Under the pieces are notes generated by a model. The model was not told where the DNA came from, did no database searches, and saw only the letters and a program-made list of their open reading frames with translations. Both the position numbers and the translations under genes were made by a program. A stretch of DNA of 64,000 bases from a candidate division TA06 bacterium 32_111 (GTDB taxonomy: Bacteria > Hydrothermota > 32-111): positions 11,179-75,178 of the forward strand of contig LGFX01000002.1 in assembly GCA_001508335.1 (NCBI GenBank). Reading direction: 5' to 3'. Below are positions 58,172 to 64,000 of the stretch, piece after piece (position 1 is the first letter of the stretch; each line of letters starts with the position of its first letter).

Positions 58172-59000
58172 ATTTTTCCCCCAGAATCTCTTTTAATTTT
58201 ATTTCTGATTTTTGAGCCCATTTACTGAATCTATTTTTTTTGATAAGGTCTTTCAAAGTATTAATACCCCTTTTTTCCATTCCAGATTGTATATAAACCA
58301 GTCCCAAATAATAATACGCTTCAAGCAAATTTGGACCTATCTTTATGGCTTCCTTTAAAAAATTAATAGAATCATCATACATTTCCCTTTCCATGTATAT
58401 AAGCCCAAGATAAAAGTTTGCATACATTAAGGCAACCTTGTCTTTTGATTGTTTTAAAACGTATGTTAAATGTTCTATTGCTTCACCATAGATACCTTTT
58501 TTAAAACAAACAAAACCAAGGTTGTTTTTCGCTATCGAGTTTTCAGGATCAATTTGTAGAACTTTTTGAAAAACTATCATAGCGTCATCATACCTCTCCT
58601 TGTTTATATAAGCCCATCCTAAAAGATCGAGAGTTTTAACATCGTTTGGAGCGAGAGAACTCGCTTTTTCCAAGACACGAATAGCATCATCATACTGTTC
58701 TTCAACTAAAAAATTCCAGCCCTTGTCTATATAAGTTGTCAGATCAACTTTCGATATCCTCATGTTCTGAACAAATTTTTCAAAAGAACTTTTTTCACTC
58801 TTTTTTCCTTTAATCTTTTTGGCTAGTTCTCTTAACTTTAAATTGGACTGAACCAAAAACTCGTTAAGTTCTACTATCTCTTTATAGAAATTTACTATGT
58901 GATCTTTAACTGTTTTTTCATCGAACTTATTTGAATCTATCTGAGCGGTAAGAATATCTATCTCTTTTTCAATTTCCTTTTTGAATTCTTTAAATTTCAT
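58155..59000 (-). CDS. TPR-repeat protein in the chemotaxis operon
   Basis: Six or more TPR units (AxxNLGxxYxxxGxYxxAIExY). Confidence 0.6.
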   Translation of the reverse strand: MKFKEFKKEIEKEIDILTAQIDSNKFDEKTVKDHIVNFYKEIVELNEFLVQSNLKLRELAKKIKGKKSEKSSFEKFVQNMRISKVDLTTYIDKGWNFLVEEQYDDAIRVLEKASSLAPNDVKTLDLLGWAYINKERYDDAMIVFQKVLQIDPENSIAKNNLGFVCFKKGIYGEAIEHLTYVLKQSKDKVALMYANFYLGLIYMEREMYDDSINFLKEAIKIGPNLLEAYYYLGLVYIQSGMEKRGINTLKDLIKKNRFSKWAQKSEIKLKEILGEKYEKEN

Positions 59001-60021
59001 TTAGAAGTTCCTCTATTTTTTCCGCTATATTTTTTCTATCAAGAACGAAATCAACAGCTCCAGTTTCTTTTGCAGCTTTAGGCATTCCATATATCAAAGC
59101 ACTCTCCTGTGATTCCGCTATATTTCTCCCATTCATCTTTTTTATTATACTAACTCCCTCACTTCCATCTTTGCCCATACCTGTTAGAACAACACCTATG
59201 ATTTTGTTTTTAAAATGTTTTACAGCGGAGATCATCATTATATCCGCGGAAGGTTTCACAGAGTGGTATGGGGGATCATCGGTATGAATTATATATCCCT
59301 TCTCATCAAAAACCATATGCTTGCCACCCTGAGCTATAACGCAATCTCCATTCATAAGTTTACAGTTATCATAAGACTCAAAAACATTCAAATGCGAAAG
59401 GGAATCCAACCTTTCTGCAAAAGATCTTGTAAAACCTGCAGGCATATGTTGAACTATTGCAATAGCACCATCGATGTTACCATTAATTTTGGGAATTATA
59501 TCCATCAAAGATTTTGGTCCACCTGTAGATGATGCTATCGCTACAAGTTTTGTTGCTTCGATTCTGGTTATTTTAATAAACTTTTTACTTTTTTCTATCT
59601 CAAGAAGTGAGTGTCTAACTTCCTTCAGGTTAGCATTCAAGCCCGCTCTCAGTTTTATCAGGATCTCATTTTTTTTATCTTTGTAGTCCAAAGAGGAAGG
59701 TTTTTCAACAACATCTATCGCCCCAAGTTCAAGTGCCTTTAATGCAATTTTTGAACCTGTTTTGGTATATGAACTCACAATCAAAATAGGTATATTTTTT
59801 ATCTTTAAGATGTGTTGCAATGCTATTAGTCCATTTACCTTTGGCATTTCTATATCTAAGGTGATTATGTCTGGATCAACTTCCTTTATTTTATCTATTG
59901 CCTGGAGTCCATCCTTCGCTTCATCAACAACGGTAAATTCTTCATCAGAATTTATAATATCTTTTAAAATCCTCCTGATCAAAGCTGAATCATCAACAAT
60001 AAGTACTTTAAATTTTTTCAA
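58990..60021 (-). CDS. cheB: chemotaxis response regulator protein-glutamate methylesterase
   Basis: REC domain (LIVDDSALIRRIL...DIEMP) plus methylesterase domain (GASTGGP...VQHMPAGFT). Confidence 0.9.
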   Translation of the reverse strand: MKKFKVLIVDDSALIRRILKDIINSDEEFTVVDEAKDGLQAIDKIKEVDPDIITLDIEMPKVNGLIALQHILKIKNIPILIVSSYTKTGSKIALKALELGAIDVVEKPSSLDYKDKKNEILIKLRAGLNANLKEVRHSLLEIEKSKKFIKITRIEATKLVAIASSTGGPKSLMDIIPKINGNIDGAIAIVQHMPAGFTRSFAERLDSLSHLNVFESYDNCKLMNGDCVIAQGGKHMVFDEKGYIIHTDDPPYHSVKPSADIMMISAVKHFKNKIIGVVLTGMGKDGSEGVSIIKKMNGRNIAESQESALIYGMPKAAKETGAVDFVLDRKNIAEKIEELLNEI

Positions 60022-60497
60022 ATATAAATTTCTCCATTTTTTACCGAAACAACTCTTAAGACACCATTTTTAACATTAAACTCAACAGATCTACTGTAAT
60101 CACTTCCCACATCCTCAGCAACAACAGGTATCCTGAGTTCTTTAAGCATTTTTCTAGCAATTTCAACATTTCTGTACCCTATAGAATCTTCCAGACTTTT
60201 TATAAATGTAGCAAACATGTTGGCACCACCAACCAGTTTTGACTCCATCCTATACTTTTTTGCACCAAGTTGTTCCATTTCCAGAATAAGGTTTGGTAGA
60301 CCTGTATCACAGTATTTATAAGGATTGAAAATAACATTGGAATAGGTTCTTGAAGGTAACATATAATGTATCATACCACCTATCTTTTTTTCCCTATCAT
60401 AAAGAGTTAAAGCAACACAGGACCCAAGCCCAATTGTCTTTAAAATGTCCTCTTCAAACCCGATATTAGCATCAGCTATTTTTATGTTGATTATCAA
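60018..60497 (-). CDS. cheD: chemoreceptor glutamine deamidase CheD
   Basis: GLGSCVALTLYD...GGMIHYMLP contains the CheD catalytic Cys region. Confidence 0.85.
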   Translation of the reverse strand: MIINIKIADANIGFEEDILKTIGLGSCVALTLYDREKKIGGMIHYMLPSRTYSNVIFNPYKYCDTGLPNLILEMEQLGAKKYRMESKLVGGANMFATFIKSLEDSIGYRNVEIARKMLKELRIPVVAEDVGSDYSRSVEFNVKNGVLRVVSVKNGEIYI

Positions 60498-61291
60498 TTT
60501 TTTTTAAAAACCCTCTCTTTAACATTTATCGGCTTATAAAGTTTTTTTACGTTACCAGTCAAGATCTCTACTTTGCCAAGCACGAGTATTCCTTCAGGAA
60601 GTAAAAGATCATAGAAGACATAAAAAATTTTCTCCTGAAACTCCTTTGAAAAATATATTAGAACATTCCTACATATTATAAAATCAAATTTGCCAAGAGT
60701 AAAGAGTATATTTTCTTCCTTTATATTTACGATTTTAAAATATACATTTTGCTTTAATGACTCATCCAGATAGTAGTAATCTCCAATTTTTTTGAAATAT
60801 TTTTTTTTCTCTTCTTCTTTAAGTTCCATAAGAGAATAATCCCTATACATTCCAATATGTGCTTTTTTCACCGCATCCTCATCAACATCTATCCCAACTA
60901 TTTCATAGTTTAATTCTCTTTTTAAACTCAATCTCTTCATAATTATGTTTAGGGAGTAAACCTCTTCACCTGTCGAACATCCTACACTTAAAATCCTTAT
61001 CCTTTCCTTTTTATTTATAACTTCAGGGAAAACAAACCGCTCAAGAAAATCGAAAGTTTCCCTATTTCTAAAAAACCTTGTGACATTTATTGTCAAGGTT
61101 TCTTTTAATTTATCTATTTCCTCTCCATCACTTTTCAAAAATTGTAAATATTCCAAAAAAGTTTTCTTCCCTGTAGCTCTCATCCTTACCATAAGTCTTC
61201 TTTTGAAAGGTCTCTCTTTATAGAGGTTTCCATCTATTCCTATCTTTTGACTTATGTAATCCACAAGGATCTTGTAGTCTATCTCATTCAT
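60494..61291 (-). CDS. cheR: chemotaxis protein methyltransferase CheR
   Basis: TINVTRFFRN...ILSVGCSTGEE...DIDEDAV SAM-binding motifs. Confidence 0.85.
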   Translation of the reverse strand: MNEIDYKILVDYISQKIGIDGNLYKERPFKRRLMVRMRATGKKTFLEYLQFLKSDGEEIDKLKETLTINVTRFFRNRETFDFLERFVFPEVINKKERIRILSVGCSTGEEVYSLNIIMKRLSLKRELNYEIVGIDVDEDAVKKAHIGMYRDYSLMELKEEEKKKYFKKIGDYYYLDESLKQNVYFKIVNIKEENILFTLGKFDFIICRNVLIYFSKEFQEKIFYVFYDLLLPEGILVLGKVEILTGNVKKLYKPINVKERVFKKN

Positions 61292-62888
61292 TTTTTACAG
61301 TTTTTATAGTCTTTTTAAGTATCTCGTTGTCAGGCTGTAATTTCAAGGCTTCTTCCCAAAATTTCAAAGCCTCTTCTTTTTTGCCTTTTCGGTATTTTAT
61401 GTTACCCAACCTATAAAAAACATCGAAATCACTTCTGTTAAGGTTTATTATCTGTTCAAGCACTATTTCGGCTGCCTCAAAATTTTTCTCAAGGAAATAA
61501 AAGTCTACCAAAGATTTGTAAGGTAGAATCTCATCCCCACACGTTTCAACACTTTTTTTCAAAAAGTTTTCTGCACTTTCATATTTACCAATAGAGAGGT
61601 AGATCTGTCCAATATTAAAATAGTACTGCCAGACGGATGGATCACTTTTGGATAGTTCAAACAGTATTTCTGTAGCCTGGTCCACCATTCCATATTCAAA
61701 GTTTATTAGAGCCAAAAAGAATTTCGCATATTTTAGTCCTCTATCTATATTCAAAGCCATTCTCAATTTCTCTTCAGCCTCGGCAAAAAGATTCTCTTTG
61801 AAAAGTAGTATTCCATAGTTGGCAAGAATTTTTGAATTCTCCGGTTCCAATTTTACAGCCCTTTCATAAAACTCTTCGGCTCTTTCAAACATACCCAACC
61901 TTTCGTATGTAAGAGCTATATTGTTAAAAAGTGAAACATTTATTATACCCAGTTTTAAAATTTCCTCAAAATATTTTAAGGACTCATTATAGTTACCCGT
62001 TCTGAAATATATCAAACCAAGATAAAAGTAGGATTTCGCATCAGTTTTGTCTAACTGAATTATATGTTTGAATTCTCTTATAGCCTCCTCATACATCTCC
62101 GTTAAAAGGAATGCAATTCCAAGGTTGTAATGCTCTGCAATCTTGTTATGAGAATCTACAACAATCTCTGAATTCTTCTCCTCTCCAGAATAAATATACC
62201 CAAGTTTTAAAAGCGTGTAAACTTCTTTACCTGTTTCATATTTCCCTATCTTAGAGTGTTCAAAAATATCTTTCAATGTTCTATGACCATCAACAAGAGA
62301 AAAAACATACCTTGTTGACTGGTTTTCAATATCTTCTTCCTTTTTAATACCAGTTTTAACAAGAACTGTTTTTTCTGAAGGTAACTCTTTTTCGATAATT
62401 GACCATTCATCTACTTTTCTTGCTTCTTCAAGTAAAATATCATCAGCATCTATCTCAACGGTTATGGATTCAGTTATAGGTTCAATGTTAGGTTCAAAAT
62501 TAAAAAATCCACTCTTCCATGTCAGAAGAGTAAAGATACTATCCGTTATCTGCTGTTTTATCCTTTCTTCAAGAACCTCTTTCGAAACAAAATTCATATC
62601 AACAAGGATATCACCCAACCTTTTAGATGATTTTATCTCCTCCTGATACTCTAATGCCTTTTCAAGTTGTTCCTTCGTTATATCGTTAGATTTCAAAAGA
62701 AGGTTACCGATCCTCTCTTCTCGATTGACTATTGAGCAATAGATTATTTTACCATCTTTGAAAAAAATGTCTCCGAAGTTCTTTTTGTCTGATACACTCA
62801 AAACACCTGTTTTCCTTCCAAGTGAAAGTAACTGTATTATGTCAGGTAAAGATGCTTCCTGAAGGTTTCCTCTTATTGCCATTATCAA
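61284..62888 (-). CDS. DUF4388-domain plus TPR-repeat protein, chemotaxis-associated
   Basis: The N-terminal GNLQEASLPDIIQLLSLGRKTGVL is the DUF4388 signature. The C-terminal half is TPR-rich. Confidence 0.55.
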   Translation of the reverse strand: MIMAIRGNLQEASLPDIIQLLSLGRKTGVLSVSDKKNFGDIFFKDGKIIYCSIVNREERIGNLLLKSNDITKEQLEKALEYQEEIKSSKRLGDILVDMNFVSKEVLEERIKQQITDSIFTLLTWKSGFFNFEPNIEPITESITVEIDADDILLEEARKVDEWSIIEKELPSEKTVLVKTGIKKEEDIENQSTRYVFSLVDGHRTLKDIFEHSKIGKYETGKEVYTLLKLGYIYSGEEKNSEIVVDSHNKIAEHYNLGIAFLLTEMYEEAIREFKHIIQLDKTDAKSYFYLGLIYFRTGNYNESLKYFEEILKLGIINVSLFNNIALTYERLGMFERAEEFYERAVKLEPENSKILANYGILLFKENLFAEAEEKLRMALNIDRGLKYAKFFLALINFEYGMVDQATEILFELSKSDPSVWQYYFNIGQIYLSIGKYESAENFLKKSVETCGDEILPYKSLVDFYFLEKNFEAAEIVLEQIINLNRSDFDVFYRLGNIKYRKGKKEEALKFWEEALKLQPDNEILKKTIKTVKNE

Positions 62889-64000
62889 ACCTCAAACTCT
62901 ACATACAATCTATCTGTATCGTTGATCCATTCTTTTATCAACTTAGAAGAATCGAATTCTCCTTTTTTAACAACCTCTCTTTTTTTAACCATTCCAGTTG
63001 GAAATACCTTTTTTATAATCTCTTCAGTTATGTTGTTCTGATATTTTTTCAATTCAACGAAATACCTATCAATTTCGGATAATGGAAGTGAAACATAGTC
63101 GAGCAAAAAATTGAATAACAGATCGTTTAATTTAATACCATACTTTTGCAAAATATTTTTATAATAGTTTTTTCTGATATAAAAAGTTGTTGGCTGTATA
63201 TTGAAAGAAGTGTACTTGTTAAAAAGATCGAGAATCTCTCTATCATCTATACTGAATTTTCTCTGAAGTGTTATAACTTTTACAATGTTTGCGGAAAGTA
63301 TATTTTTAACAACTGGAAGAAATTCTTTTTTTTCATAAATTCCATCAAGATCATCTATAAGAACCATGTCGGATTCGTTTAAAAATTTCATCACATAAAA
63401 ATTGTCCGATGCTTGCTGTATATTATTCTTGTTAATAAATATTACCCTTTTTTCTGTTAGTTTGTTAAAAAGGGCGTTCAGCAGGTGTGTTTTACCGGTC
63501 CCAGAGCCTCCAGTTATAAGAACTATCTTATCAATGTTTACACCATTTATTATTTCGTTAATTTTGTTAACAACATGCCTGTTGGAAGAATCTATTATAA
63601 AATTGTCCATATTCATCAGAATACTCGTTTCCTTTTCAAAAAAGGAAAAATAATTCAATTTCTCTTTCAAAAGATTGATCTTTTCTCGTAGAATTTCAAC
63701 TTTATCTGGATCGAATAGCATTGTTTCAATCTCTTTAGATTCTTCTTTAAATTTCTTTACATTTAAAAGACCATACTCCTTATGTAGGTCAATTAGTTTT
63801 CTAACATTATCTGTAAACTTTTCAAATTCCCTTCTTACATAACCTAAATCCTTTGAGTTTATAATATTTTTAAGAGTCTCCACATTGAAACCTTTCATCT
63901 CCCAAACATAAAGTTTTTCGATAAACTCTTCCCTGTTTTCCTCTTCCTCTAGTTTTTCTTCTACCCCAGCCTCTTTTTTAACCTGACTTATGAAATCTAC
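62885..64000 (-). CDS. DnaA/Hda-like AAA+ ATPase; the ORF continues in frame past the window end (true start outside the window)
   Basis: LITGGSGTGKTHLLNA Walker A, VLIDDLD Walker B. The reading frame upstream of the first ATG (63898) stays open to coordinate 64000. No DnaA domain IV. Confidence 0.5.
   Translation of the reverse strand, partial: VDFISQVKKEAGVEEKLEEEENREEFIEKLYVWEMKGFNVETLKNIINSKDLGYVRREFEKFTDNVRKLIDLHKEYGLLNVKKFKEESKEIETMLFDPDKVEILREKINLLKEKLNYFSFFEKETSILMNMDNFIIDSSNRHVVNKINEIINGVNIDKIVLITGGSGTGKTHLLNALFNKLTEKRVIFINKNNIQQASDNFYVMKFLNESDMVLIDDLDGIYEKKEFLPVVKNILSANIVKVITLQRKFSIDDREILDLFNKYTSFNIQPTTFYIRKNYYKNILQKYGIKLNDLLFNFLLDYVSLPLSEIDRYFVELKKYQNNITEEIIKKVFPTGMVKKREVVKKGEFDSSKLIKEWINDTDRLYVEFEV

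Noticed and set aside
1-64000. CRISPR arrays, rRNA genes, transposases, integrases or prophage blocks
   Set aside because: I saw no regularly spaced direct repeats and no rRNA-like GC-rich stretches. No ORF had recognisable transposase, integrase, capsid or terminase motifs. The only GC-rich islands are the two tRNAs and the riboswitch.

Overview
This is an AT-rich (about 30% GC by eye) bacterial chromosomal segment that is densely packed with genes; no GC or composition break suggesting a mobile element stands out. At the left edge a partial trehalose-6-phosphate synthase gene (otsA) runs off the window. Next comes a DUF58 / membrane-protein pair. After that, two large secreted proteins are transcribed divergently, with 4259..6034 on the minus strand and 6154..9165 on the plus strand. 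The plus-strand one looks like a gingipain-like (C25, clan CD) cysteine peptidase, and both end in a T9SS-type C-terminal sorting domain. A GH3 NagZ-like hydrolase follows. The anaerobic ribonucleotide reductase operon (nrdD, a small glycyl-radical ORF, nrdG) comes next. An in-frame TAG codon separates nrdD from its glycyl-radical domain. A clear cobalamin riboswitch lies on the minus strand at about 16224..16409. It sits in front of a TonB-dependent-receptor-like (BtuB-like) outer-membrane protein, which is translationally coupled to a lipoprotein. I propose this as a riboswitch-controlled outer-membrane vitamin B12 capture system that has not been described in this kind of genome. It is divergent from the conserved ribosomal-protein cluster rpsP - KH-domain gene - rimM - trmD - rplS - rnhB - yraN. 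Further along are the following: rnhA overlapping a COG1579-type zinc-ribbon gene; tRNA-Val (CAC) on the minus strand with a bidirectional terminator; a lipoprotein gene that appears frameshifted; a 1222-aa tandem nucleotide-cyclase / STAND P-loop ATPase / TPR protein, translationally coupled to a 62-aa cysteine-rich protein; and tRNA-Ala (CGC) lying 15 nt upstream of the pfkA ribosome-binding site. A plus-strand block follows (pfkA, GT4 glycosyltransferase, an orphan CitD-CitE fusion, butyrate kinase, an outer-membrane protein, ptsN, a zinc-ribbon protein, a LUD-domain protein, rarA, a ZnuABC-like metal transporter). The remainder is a long minus-strand block, in order of increasing coordinate: a DUF1015 protein, glyA, an MscS channel, an aminotransferase, a 2-hydroxyacid dehydrogenase, an HD-domain protein, TPR proteins, an M24-like protein, ispG, murA, an outer-membrane protein, a CPA2 antiporter, a radical SAM protein, an SPFH protein, recX, recA, thpR, cinA, pgpA. 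It ends in a chemotaxis cluster (cheW, cheB, cheD, cheR, a DUF4388-TPR protein, and a DnaA-like ATPase that continues past the window end). I saw no CRISPR array, no rRNA and no obvious transposon or integrase. All calls rest on reading the sequence and the supplied ORF translations; no database search was run.
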